From Auanema rhodensis (Eukaryota; Animalia; Nematoda), in the NCBI GenBank assembly GCA_964057225.1, contig OZ059894.1:8060001-8124000 (forward strand): a stretch of 64,000 nucleotides of DNA, given 5' to 3'. The notes beneath the pieces were generated by a model, which was given only the letters and a program-made list of their open reading frames with translations, did not search any database and was not told the DNA's origin. Each line of letters begins with the position of its first letter. Positions within the stretch are counted from its first letter, which is position 1. Positions 12,641-25,550 of the stretch are shown piece after piece. A program made the position numbers and the translations under genes.

Positions 12641-13853
12641 TCATATTCCATTATCACAGTTGCCGTTTTTGAAGACCACCAGAGTGGTTTCTGATGGGAT
12701 GTGTTTGGATGGACGTTCGCAATTGCTGTATGTCTTACCAACTGAAAATAACTTTTTTCGGATTATAGCAAATCTAAGCTGAATGCAAACCTAATGATCC
12801 ACTTTTCCAAGCCATAGCGCATCCAGTTAAATACACGATAACGTAAATGCAAAGAAGCAGTAAAGCACTTCCAATAAAAATTGTACCTCTGAAAGAAAAA
12901 ATGACTCGCTTTATAAACATAAAAAGAAATTTGATAGTTACATGAGAGTCATTTGTAGATCTCTCTGACAGCATTCCATAGCACAACACGTATCATCACA
13001 TAGGAAATATGTGTGGAACCACTAAAGACATTTGAAATTTAATGCTTAAGACTATGACACTTACGGGATTTTCTAGTTTTGAGGCTTCTGCAGCACCAAT
13101 AATATGTTTCATATGTACTGCATAGGTACAAATAGTGTTGTCGATCTGAAAATTTTTTATTAATTTTGTGAAAAAAGCCCTTGAATATGCTATTCTGGCA
13201 AGTATGCTCATCAAACTTTTGCGTGACTTTTGATGGAACTTTTGCTTTAGTTTCGTGTCGTTCTGAACTCAAAGAGACTTTTGAAAAATGATTGTTATTA
13301 TCAAAGAATCGAGTCAAAAGGTCATACGTATATCACAATAAAGTTCATGTTTCTGCTTTCAGAAGCATTTAGTGAAAAAAAATCAAAGTACAAGCCCCCT
13401 GTTTTGGAAAAAATTGAAATTTTGCAGTTGCACATGAATTTGATGCTTGCTTTTTCTCAACAAATCATAAATCTATATCCACTTCCTTCTTCCAGGAACA
13501 GCATTTTCAAAATTGCTGTCTAGTGAAGCGTATATTCTGATACTCATGAGATCATAAGCCATATGGAATGATATTCGGATACTAGATTGTGAAAAAGCCG
13601 TGTACTCTTAAGTTTGATGATAACATGATTTGAAGATTTAAAGATTTAAAGATTATATTTCGAGAAAGCTGAGATAAAATTGTGAGAAAACTTACATCTT
13701 TAAATAAATAAACCAATTTGGTATCATTTTGATAATAATGGGTGATGCCTGATATGGTTGAGAAAGTTATGGAACAGTTGACACAAAAATCTTTAAAATT
13801 TTCGCTGGCTGTTTGATTAATTTCGTGCCACATCTTTGGTCGATACAGATTTC
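12641..13853 (-). CDS. Nematode CX-module single-pass membrane protein (5' structure unresolved)
   Basis: Last exons splice to ICTYAV...WFHTYFLCDDTCCAMECCQRD, a hydrophobic TM (LIGTIFIGSALLLLCIYVIVYLTGC) and a short tail ending at TGA 12641-12643. The C.Y...C...CC...CC + TM pattern fits a CX module. Confidence 0.55.
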
Positions 13854-15103
13854 CTGAAAAAAAAACACAATGTATTTGATGTAAGATGTAGCATTGAAAC
13901 CCGGATGTTAAATCACTTTAACAATGTTCTTTCTATCTTTTTTCTTATTGAGAAAGATGAATTTATTTTTGTTATTTTAATTAAAATATTTTTGAAACAA
14001 CATATGTTAGTTTTTCATAGCTTATCCTGCTATTTTCTTCATGTGCAGAACAGCAAGAAATCATAGGCAGCAGCAGCTTCCTGGTTTAACTGACATTTTT
14101 TATATTTGTTTCAGGATAAGTTGGTCGAGTTAATCTTCAACATTCACACTTTTTTATGAGAGAAGTGAATAAAAAAATATGATAATGTTGTTCACTATGT
14201 GAAAAAATGCATGAAAATATGTTATATTTGAGACATCTATGGATTTATTTGGTAATATCAAGTAGGCTAAATAGTTCAAATATTCATGAAAGTTTCATTG
14301 AGATACAGAAAAAAAGCTCTGATAACAGAAGGAATTTAAAATATTATATACTATAGGATTAGAAATTTCAAGCCCCACCAGTATTGTCGTTCAATTTCTT
14401 AAAAGCATTGCTTAAAAGTTATTTTTCTTCGATTGAAACCAAACAAGTAGAAATTGTCCGATGGACGAGTGATAAGTTTGAAGTCAGAGAGATGTTTTCT
14501 TTAAAAATTTTGTAAAATATCGAACTTGCCCTCTGTTTTGCATTCTTTTCAGATATGTCGGCTGTCTAATTTTTTTTGCTGCATTGGTCTCATTTTACTA
14601 TTTTCTGTCGAAGTGGTTTTATTTTTGTAGAAAAATATAAAACAAAAGGAAGATGAATAGAAAAAAGCAAACAAATAATAGTTTTAGATAACAGATTAAA
14701 TCTGATAAAACTATCCTTTGGGACTTGTTTTATGACGGAGGTCACTAGTTTTTAACTTAAAACAACGATGTATTTTCATTGTTTTTAAGATGACAATGTC
14801 CGTTTACTACGTGATTCTCCATGGGCACAATATCTTTAGGTTTTACTCTTCGTCTTAGGCCAAGTGTTCAACTTCATACTCAACTGTGGCTTAACTATAT
14901 TTCTCAACAAAAAAAAACAACAGAGGATGCAATGAAACAGAAAGAAAACAAGGGCATATCGAAGAATACCAAATTCATGATGGTCACCATGATGATTACA
15001 TATTCATTTGTTCAGTACGATGACAACAAACCAAATTCTACTTACTCATACCTCTCTGGTTTCTTCTATTTCTTCTCCTTATGGGCTCATTTTACTTCTT
15101 TTT

Positions 15104-15111
<8 letters not shown>

Positions 15112-15176
<65 letters not shown>
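15112..15176. repeat. (CT)n microsatellite preceded by a poly-C tract
   Basis: Directly visible run. Confidence 0.95.
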
Positions 15177-15180
<4 letters not shown>

Positions 15181-17782
15181 ATTCGGCTTTTTCAATGTCA
15201 GTTCAGCTAAAGCTTAAGTGAAATTCAAATTGTCAATGTTATATTTTGAATTGATCTGTTTATGATGAAAAAAGCTTTTCCAGTAACATCAACAACACAG
15301 CTCGAAACGCTTAAGATTTGAAAATGCTTTTGGATTACCTAATGCTCAGTGCATAGATTAGAAAAAGCTCCTGGGTAACTAAGGCATAGAGCTAGAATGT
15401 GAGAGATGAGGACTTTTAAAGATTTGATGACGTAAGTCTAGTTTCATATCCGGGATGCTGAGCTTGTCTGCAACAACGTTTGACCTCTTCTGTTCACTTT
15501 GTCACTGATTTGAATAAAGTAAATTTCATAAACCTCACCCCTCATGTTTTGTTAAGCTTCAGTTCTTTGATTCAAAAAAAAATAAGAAATTTCTTCAACT
15601 TGAATATCTAATTAGTATATTTCTTTAGAATTAAAAGAAAAAGTTATTCATGAACTCCATCTCGTTTCTTGTGTTTGTAATGGCGGCAGGATGAGCAATG
15701 CTTGTTCTATTTGAATTTAGATTGGAATAGCTACCTTATATTCTAAACAAAGAGAAAATAAACTTTTTCTGAGGTAACAATGATTCTCATACTTAGTTAG
15801 AAGTAGAAGAATTTGCTCAAAATGTCTTTCCTAGTATGCATTGTCAATTTAATGATTAGGTTAATCTAATATATGCATAAGAAAATGTCACTTCTTCAAT
15901 TTCATGAGAAGATAAAGCAAGTTTTAGATCGAAAAACTCCTAAGAAAAAGAAGATGAGCAAACTAAAAGAAAGATCTTTTAACCAAATGAAAGGAAAATG
16001 AATCAGATATATAGGCTAGATATAATTCAGGCACTCACATTTCACACGAAATTGCTTTGAAAAAATATTTAATGTTTTCCATTTGCTTTTACTTTTCCCT
16101 TTTTCAACATTGTAATTTTGATTCATAGTATTTTGAATATATTAATGCTAACCATATAGACAAAAACAAGCAAACTAAATATCTTTTGTGATAAAACAGA
16201 TTTGAAACATAAAACGAGTCAGAGACTCGAAATTACTCCAAGTTTCAAATACTACTAAGCTTCAAAGAAAGCTTTCTCAACTAAACCGAACTACTAATGT
16301 AAATAGCTTGACATGAGCTAAATCTGACTGTTAACAGTAAATTAGAAAACATACCTTTTTTAGGAATATCGAACAGCTGGTACCTAGTGGCTGAGCATAG
16401 TGCAACAAGCTCATCCAGTATTAGGAATAGATAAATGGTTAGTAGCATGGCACATGTTATTGCATAGTACAACAGATCACAATAATCGGCATAGAAAGTA
16501 GTATGGCTGAGCTAAAAGAATAAGTTTAATGCATATTTCAAAAGTAAAACACGAAAAAGAGAAGAACCGCAGCTTCGAAACAAAATTATTCTCATACTGA
16601 TAAATATATACGAGCTAGTTAGACATCGGGTAATGGGGTTTTACAGAAGCCATTCAAAAGTTCAGAGTTTTTTGAATGTTGCAAAGCGTTTTATGCATTA
16701 AAGAGCGTTCAAGCTTGAATTTCGTGACAACGGATTTTGGAAGAGCAAATGCATCTGAGTGAAGAAAATTTCGGAAAAAAACTGAGAAAAGAGAAGAAGG
16801 AATAGAAACACTGAGATGATTCTGTTGTGGGAATAACAGCTTACAGAGGAAACTAATTCAGAGATGAGCTTGCAGACAGCCGACGATGAATGGCAGAGTA
16901 TGAGATAGTATTCTTTACTTCATTTATTCTTAACATAGTGTATTAGAACGCGGTGGAAGAAAAAAGAGAGAAACATGCATAGGTTGGAATTCCTATTCGG
17001 TAATAGATGGAGAAAGTATTATTCCATTCATTTCCCAAGCCCAAGTATCTGCAAGAAACCAGGTTTGGATCATCTTGGCTTAACGTCTTGCAGTTATCCA
17101 ATGAATGTAGTAAGTAAAAATAAATGCTCATATCTTTTAAATTTCCGGATGGAACAGGCGGATAGATAGAAAATCAGAGAAAAAACGAAACCAACGAGAG
17201 AGCAAGTGAGTGTAGTTTGGAGAATGAAGGCAGGGAAGGGGTGTGTATGAGGGGAAGAGGAGGAGTAGAAGAAAAAAAATGAAAATTGGGAGTGAATGAT
17301 AGAAAAAAAATTCTTGAAAGTAATAGGAAATTAAAGGCAGCCGTTCAAAGAGAGCATATAGCGTGAAATGACACTTATAGTTCACGCTATTTTCACGTAA
17401 AAGAACATCACGCAATTTTCACGTGAACTTAATTGATGTTGAATTCAAAAATTAATGAAAGAATAAAAGAATAAAGCAAATTACGTTTATGCTAATTATT
17501 AGAATAACAAATAAATAATCATAATTCGTAAAAAGCAAATGATTTTGTGGGAATTTATATTGCAAAGATGTATTTGTGTTCATATTATTTTGAAAATGAA
17601 AGATAAAGAAAGATATGAAACGAGAATTGGACGTAGTAGCAATTAGGATGTGTCGAGGATTTGTTTTCAAGACCGATGATTCGGAAACAAAGAGAAAAAA
17701 AAGGAAAAAAAAAACGAATTGAAGCTTTGCGACCGCTGCTCACAGACTGGCTCCCTTTCCGACTTCTTGTTTCTTTTTCCCC

Positions 17783-17820
17783 CTCTCTCTCTCTCTCTCT
17801 CTCCCTCTCTCTCTCTTTCT
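17783..17820. repeat. Imperfect (CT)n microsatellite
   Basis: Directly visible. Confidence 0.9.
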
Positions 17821-18716
17821 CATTTTTCCACTTTTCATCAATTTTTTACCCTTTCTTCTCTTTTATCTTTTCCTTCTCTTCCTAATCTTCCCTTTTAGCA
17901 ATAACCCCAGTCCTTATTCTATCAAAAAAAAACTTACTCAATTTAAATATGGTTGAATGACGTGAATGACAACAAGGTTTTTGAACATCAAAACGTCACA
18001 AAGACATTTTTAATAGAAAATGTGAGTTGAAGCAATTAATTGAGAAAATAAGAAAAAAGACAAAGACAAACTTTTGTTTCAAATTATAATACCATCATTG
18101 TGTGGTCTATTTTATCATTCATGTCCTGTTATAACCAAAAAAAAAGAAGAAACAATCAAAGCATGGAAGTATAGTTAGTATAGATATGTGAATATAGTAT
18201 ATATTAGTATATGTACATATATTTATATAGTTAGAAATCAAATGAGAGCAAAATACATATAATAATCATTATATTCTATAAAAATTTAAATATATCATGA
18301 ATGAATTTATCAAAAATTATGTTAATGCTTTAAGAATATTCGGAGTCATTCAGAAGCTTTGGTTCAAAAGATATGCATTAAAATACATTTTCTGGCTAAA
18401 TGAAATCTAAGCTCAGCATTAGAACTATATTTTGAGCCTGACGAATGCAGGAACTTTAAAACGTTCTATACGAAAATAGATTTGAATTTGGCTTGCAATT
18501 CCTTGTTCGTTGCACTTGAATGACAATATCATGAATATTAGCAAGTTTATCTTACTAACTTAGTAAAGGATTATATCACAAAACCAGGAGAGGTTGCTAT
18601 GGAAATTTCATATCATTACTTATACTTCAAGTGATTCTCACAATAAAACCAAAATTTTTTTGATATATACAAATACACAGAGAAAAACACTTTAATACGA
18701 GCTCGGGGTTTTTTTT

Positions 18717-18731
18717 GGGGGGGGGGGGGGG
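18717..18731. repeat. Poly-G tract (~15 G; G-quadruplex-capable)
   Basis: Directly visible. Confidence 0.9.
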
Positions 18732-19653
18732 AGAGATGAAACCACTGAAGGCTGTAGTAGTCAACTCAAGTTCTAGTTAGAGAATGCAGCTGCTTGAAGC
18801 AATATTTTGGTCATTTTTTGCAAAAAGCACTCAACAGCTTCTGTAGACTTCTAATGTCAAAAGAATAAACACTACTCCCCATATATGAATATAAAGAGTA
18901 TAGCGTTATCAAGAAAAAAGGATGGTGCAACAGCTCAAACTTAGCATTGTCTCATCCCATACTTTTTCTCCTTTTATTCTTTTTTTCTTTCTCCTTTTTC
19001 TTCTCTTTTATCTTTTCATCTTTTCATCTAGCCTGTGTTGAAATATTATTCTAAACATTTCATTCCGAGATTCTGTTCTCATAGAGTCTGTCTTTTCTCA
19101 TCAATTTTTCAGTTGAAATCATTTATTTCCCAAATGATTATTCATTCAGCTAGGGTAATGAGTCAATGAGGATGAGGTAAATCTCATTTGTAGCTTGTGA
19201 ATCTGAAAAAATGACAAAGATGTTGTCGTGCTCAAGCGTGATTAGAGGTCGGGACATCGCTCTAAATCTTTGAAGAAGCACGTGTTGTTTATCATCCACA
19301 CAATTGTCTTCATAAAACTATGAAAAGAGAAAGAAGGAAGAAGTTTTTTTTGAATGAGATCATAAAGAAGAAACAATGAGTGAAATTAATCAAAATCTGT
19401 AAAAACAAACGTAACATCAATAAAACTTACTGTCACCCATCAATGAGTTTGTTATAGTTTTATTTTACGTTTAAGATGACAACAGTTTGATATAAATGTG
19501 TAAATACTAATAGCAAAAAAAGTTTAAAAATAAAAAAAACGACATGAAGAAGGGTATTTTGGAATATATTGTTGAGAATTACATGTACGGAAATCCGTAT
19601 ACATATATTCATATATTATATATATTATTATTATTATTACATGTTATATTAGT

Positions 19654-19677
19654 AACTAACTAACTAACTAACTAACT
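19654..19677. repeat. (AACT)n tetranucleotide repeat
   Basis: taactaactaactaactaactaact visible. Confidence 0.9.
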
Positions 19678-21083
19678 GAAGCTTTAGACAAAAATTTGAT
19701 GAAAAAAAAAACAAAGCTTTTGGTTATACTATGCACAGCAGTACGTAGCATAGTCAGATTATTAGTAGAAAAATATAATTCAACTGATATTTGAAAATAC
19801 GAAATTCTTTTTCATTTAACAGATTTATAATTTTTTTTGAATATATATATACCAAGTGAATTTGAATAAGAGTTATTGCTTTGAAGCATAAGTGGATGTT
19901 CTAACGCTAACTGGGGAGGGGGGGGAGGACGAAAGATAGAGAAGTGAATGCAGAAATATGCTTGGATATCAACACATACACATCCATAGTATGAATTCAT
20001 TTTATCAGATTCTTCCACATACTCACACAGAGAAATTTAAAATTTTCAATTTCACATTGAGTGAAGAGAAAAGTTTTCAAAGTGAGGGTCTTATATGGAA
20101 AGACATTACTAAATTGTGATAAAAGAAATAAGCATGGACAAAGCGCAAGATGTTTGATTTGGGATGGATATGAAGTTTTTTCATTTATCTGAGTACTACT
20201 TAAAAAATTATAAAATGATTTTTAGTTTCTTTTTCATAAATTCTATTTAAATTAAACTAATTAAACAACAAAAAATTGGCAAAATAAGTGATGAAGAGAG
20301 AGAATAAAATCAAAAGTTGTAAGTAGCAACTAATTTCTAACTTATTGAGATGAAAAACTGAAATATGTATGCAGTTTAGAGAATATGAATAATAACTATA
20401 AGTCATTAAAACATTCTGAGAACAATATGAATTATATATTTAAATATATATGTATATAAGTTCAATAAGTTCTTTTTAAATATGTTCAAAATATTATATT
20501 TAATGTTTGTAAAATGACAAGTACATTTATTTTTGGAAGAAAGACAATGAAAAGAACAGGAATTTTCTTTTCATTTATGTACATAATGATAGAAAATTCG
20601 GATAAGAAGGCTTTCTATTTTAATATTAAATAAGAAAAATTATTATTTTCACTTCAAAAATTATTTAAAATACATAAAATGATAAGATGATGATTAAATT
20701 GAAAGATCAGCCTATTTGATCGTGTTCATTCTTTCATTAAATCTATAAATATATATAAATTAAATTATATTTATAATATATGAACAGATATAAGGACAAC
20801 AATTATTTAAAGTTATAAAGAAGTCATGCGAATTGGAACATTGAGCTCTTGGAATAGGAAAAATGTTTCATAAAGTAATAAATAAAAACAGCATAATATA
20901 TATAGTAATGTGAAAAGTTTCTTGAACTTTTAAAATTTCTTCTTAGAATAATAAAAGTAATTAAACACTTTAAATATTAAAAAAATTATTAAATTATCAA
21001 TAAACATATAAAATGATCATTAAGAGATTCAAATTTTCTTGTTCCTCATTCCTATTTATCATTACTACTTGTGTTTATGATAA

Positions 21084-21085
<2 letters not shown>

Positions 21086-21125
<40 letters not shown>
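21086..21125. repeat. (CT)n microsatellite
   Basis: Directly visible. Confidence 0.95.
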
Positions 21126-21127
<2 letters not shown>

Positions 21128-21649
21128 ATCTTTTCTTCAATTTCTCTCTTTCCATACTTTTTCTTTTTTTATATAAAAATTATATTTATACATCTATCTG
21201 TCTCTATTCATTTAGACATTCAAAAAAACAATGCCAAGCAATATTTGGCAAATTTGTTTCGTTTTTTTGTGAGTCCCGTGAACCTTATTGCTTTTCAATG
21301 ACAAAAAAAATTATTTATGGCAGAAAAACAATCCGTAAAGCCAAATGTAAGTAAAGTTGAGAATGAATGATGGACATGGTATGACAAAGAGTGTGAAGGA
21401 ATTTATGGATGAACATACAAAATTGTTAAATTTCTTGTTGTTAGAATGAATGTGTGAGAGATTAGAAGAAGATGATGAAGGTAGTAGAATAAAGATTGAG
21501 AATTACAGAGAGATTTACGAGGAAACTACTGCATTTATCCGACATCTACACTAGAAGGACTTATACACGAACAAAGATGCAAGAAATAGAAGTCAGAAGT
21601 TATGCTGATGAGGAAAAAAGCTATTATATTCAGAGAAAGAAACAAATGT

Positions 21650-21652
<3 letters not shown>

Positions 21653-21696
<44 letters not shown>
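21653..21696. repeat. (TA)n microsatellite
   Basis: Directly visible. Confidence 0.95.
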
Positions 21697-21701
<5 letters not shown>

Positions 21702-21915
21702 TTGTGTGTATTATTTACAAATAATAATATATTTAGTTAAAAAAGAGAATATAAGGCAAAAAATAGATTTCTTGACGATGACATCAAAGCGAATATTTGA
21801 TTGAGTATTGAATTGGAATAAGATATGTATACAATATATGTATGTATATTACATGTATGTATGTATATGTTGAAGAAACAGAAAAATGAGACTTTTCTCT
21901 TATAAAATGAAAGAT

Positions 21916-21917
<2 letters not shown>

Positions 21918-21968
<51 letters not shown>
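21918..21968. repeat. (GA)n microsatellite
   Basis: Directly visible. Confidence 0.95.
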
Positions 21969-21972
<4 letters not shown>

Positions 21973-24900
21973 CAGAGAAACAGATAGAACATTTAGAAGG
22001 TAAATTAACTATTGTTCATATAATAATAAACAATGAAAAAGTCTATATAGCTTTATTCTCATAACAAACAAAATGAAAAATGACTTTCAACTATTAAAAC
22101 TACATTTTCATTACTTTAAAAACTCCATACTAAGTGTATGTATGTATTTTTAAAATTAAATTTATTTTATACAAGAAAATAGAGAAAAACTATAATTGTC
22201 TGGTCAGAAATATCATTAGTTTTTCAAGAAACAATAACAAAAACAGGAAAATAGTTAAAAATAAATTTTTAAAATTTGGAAAAATTTAAAAAGAAAACTG
22301 AGAAAGTTGAAAAAAAAATTATTGAAAGATACAATAAATGTGTTGTGCGAAAAGCGTAACTCATCTTATGAAAATAAAAAAAAATTCTGTTGTTGTTACA
22401 TTCGCATATGAAATGTTGATTTATGTTGTTTAAGCTTTCGACTTTCATTAAAAAATAATAAATCTTTAGTTTTGAAACATAGGTATTGAGGTTTGAAACA
22501 TGGTCTCAACCCATGTATCTCCAACAAGCTTAACTGGAAGACGCCCGAATTTAACAAGAAACGTACCGACTTACATGATCTAGAAATACAAAGAACATGC
22601 CGAGAAATTTACTTGAAAGCAGCTTACATTCCTTAGAAGAAGGAAAAGAAAACAAACCTATGAAGTCAACGTTTCTTTTTATTTTTTTTGTTCAAAAAAA
22701 TAAAAGAAAAAGGTATTTCAATTTCATATTTTAGGGAATAGAATGGTAGTTTTCACATGTTTAATATGAGCATTTCATTTTGGGATAAAAAAATTGTTTT
22801 TCCACTGTTGGTTATGGCTTTCAAACAGTTTTTAGAAGTAAAAGTACAAATAGATTATAATATGCAATTGGGAGTATGAGGCAAATATCAAAAATAGTAT
22901 TTAAACAAGAAACATGTAACATCAATTAATTTTTAATTTTTTTTATAATTTAATTATAAAAAATTAAAGAAATAAATAAATTTTCTTATATACATAGTTG
23001 ATTATGAATATAATATTGATGAGCATTTGCACCATAAATCTTTTTTTTTTTCTAAAAATAGCGACAAAAAAATAATTTTTTTGAAAAGAAACTTCAATAA
23101 TTTTAGTCTAAAAATATTTTTTTGATATTTTTTTAGTTTCCAAATGTAAAACAACGTGACTGAAATCTCAGATTTGAAAATGTTTTTAAGTTATTTCAAT
23201 GAAAAATTAATGAAAAAATATAATTTTTTACATATCAAACTCATTTTTAATATTTTCAGATTTTTCATCTCATAAGGGGATTTGGAAAAAATATTCTAGC
23301 ATTTCCATGTAAAAAAATTAAATTTTGCTGAACAAATAATCAATTCATCATTATGATCTCGATGATTATTTGAGCTGAAATGGAAACTCTGAAAGCTTAC
23401 TCTGCTCACTAGCCAAATTTGATTTCGAAAGCACTTCATCAGATAATTTTTTTTGTTGTAAAAACTTTTTCAATTTTATGATTGATCACTTTATTCTTTA
23501 TCTTGTTTTCTATTTGAAAATAGAAGCAATTGGTTATCAATTCATAAAAACCTCATCTTTCTCACCATCTCCCTTCTCCTCTTCCTCTTCTGATCACTGT
23601 TCTTCTATCACCTCCTTCTCTCTCTCTCTCTCTCTCTCTCATTTGCTGTTTCACTTTTGTCTTTTAATTTGATGAATCTATCATAGTTAAAACTGTTGTT
23701 TCTTCAAAATTTAATGGAAATTATCAATTGTTTCTGGAAAACAATGCATTCTATGGAAAAATCTAAATATATAATGTGATTTGACAAAGAAATATATCAA
23801 CTTTGAATGACGTCAACGATTAATCTTCATGAAAAACTTCTTCAATCATATATTTTTACGTAAAAAAGTGAGAATATTTTCAATTATTTGTTAATAAAAA
23901 ATTATTTTGTGATGACTAACAATTCAATTACAAGTTACAGAGGGATTTATCTAGATTATATAATATTCTGGCAAATAGTCTGAATAACTATCTCTTATAT
24001 ATTATGTTATAGTTAGTTAAATATATTAATTTTTTATATGATTTAAAACAAAAAAAGGTTAAATTATATATTTATATATTATACTATATGAATGATATAG
24101 CTAAATATAGTATAGTATCTATGATATATAGAAGATAAGTACAAAAATCCAGTTTTATATGAGATTTATTATATAGATGTTCACATATAGAAAGAGAATT
24201 TTCTTTTAATATATAATATATCTTCAATCAAATATATATTTTAATAATAATTCAGACTTCAACAGTCTAACATCTGTTTAGTTTATACCAAAAACGAAAA
24301 AAAAAAAAGGATTTTTTTGAATATCTGGTGAAGTTAACTATACGCGCCAATAACATATTTAAATTATTACATTTATGTATATTTAATATATTTTGATAAG
24401 AAAACAAATTTTATAAAGTTTATTGTTGTTGTTGTTGTTGTTTATATGTATGTATATTCATAAATATTTGTTATTTATAAATATATGTATATTCAAGACT
24501 ATTTTTCAACCTTTTTTATAACCTTATATGTTTATTGTTAATATAATTTACTTTTAGTTATCTGTTTTGATCATTTGAAAGAATGTTCAAATCAGTTTTT
24601 AAAAAATGTTTAAACAACGTCATTGCAAATGCTTGAATGGCTACTATTCCAATTTTGAATTCGAAAAAAATTGTTTAGTTAGCTGAGCAAGTTTGAACTT
24701 GACATCCTTGAGCGAATATTATAATTATTCCTTCTTCTTTTTCAATATTTAATGTTAATTATTGGTTTAAATTTCTCATTTTAACTCTCGAATTCTTAAT
24801 ATTTCTTCTTAAATCTTCAATTTCTTATGAATCATGACTAATATCCCAACTATATCTCACTGTTGCTATTGATGTTCATGATGATGATGGTGATATTATC

Positions 24901-25416
24901 CTGTTATTGGCTTCTCCTTCTCTTTCTCTCTTGCTATTCGGCAATATTGATAGTCGGGCATGAGTCATCGGCATCATATATACACATACAGACTGTCTGA
25001 CAGACACTAGATGAACAGGAAAGCCGGCCCTAAAGGGACAACCCGGTTCTTATGACATCGTGTGTGCTGTTGACATCTTCTGGAATTAATGCAGAAGAAG
25101 TTGAAGACGAGTACAGCAAAGAGAAAAATGACAAACACCTCAGACTAGCATACGTGAATGACATCATCTGCCGTACATCGAAGAAGCAATTTCGAGAAAA
25201 AAATATCTCATCTTACAAGATGCTTTGTCCGATTACACCTCAAGCTCCATGCACTCGATGTTTGCTTGATATAACTAATTTTTAAAGGAATGTCATATAC
25301 ACAGTTGGCATCATTTGATTCATATCTCCGTATATCTTGTTATCTTACACAGTTTGATTTTTGCCATTTCTCGTTCCTAATATAATTCACTTTGTATATC
25401 TCATCTAGTATATTGC

Positions 25417-25424
25417 TGTCTCTC

Positions 25425-25455
<31 letters not shown>

Positions 25456-25469
25456 CCCTCTCTCTCTCC

Positions 25470-25522
<53 letters not shown>

Positions 25523-25550
25523 GCACGCTATCTTTCACTCTCTCTCTCTC
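25417..25550. repeat. Long imperfect (CT)n tract
   Basis: Directly visible; explains the spurious SLSL/ERER ORFs here. Confidence 0.95.

Noticed and set aside
22476-22522. Possible pre-miRNA hairpin (acataggtattgag...ctcaacccatgt)
   Set aside because: Stem is short and bulged and matches no miRNA I recognise.
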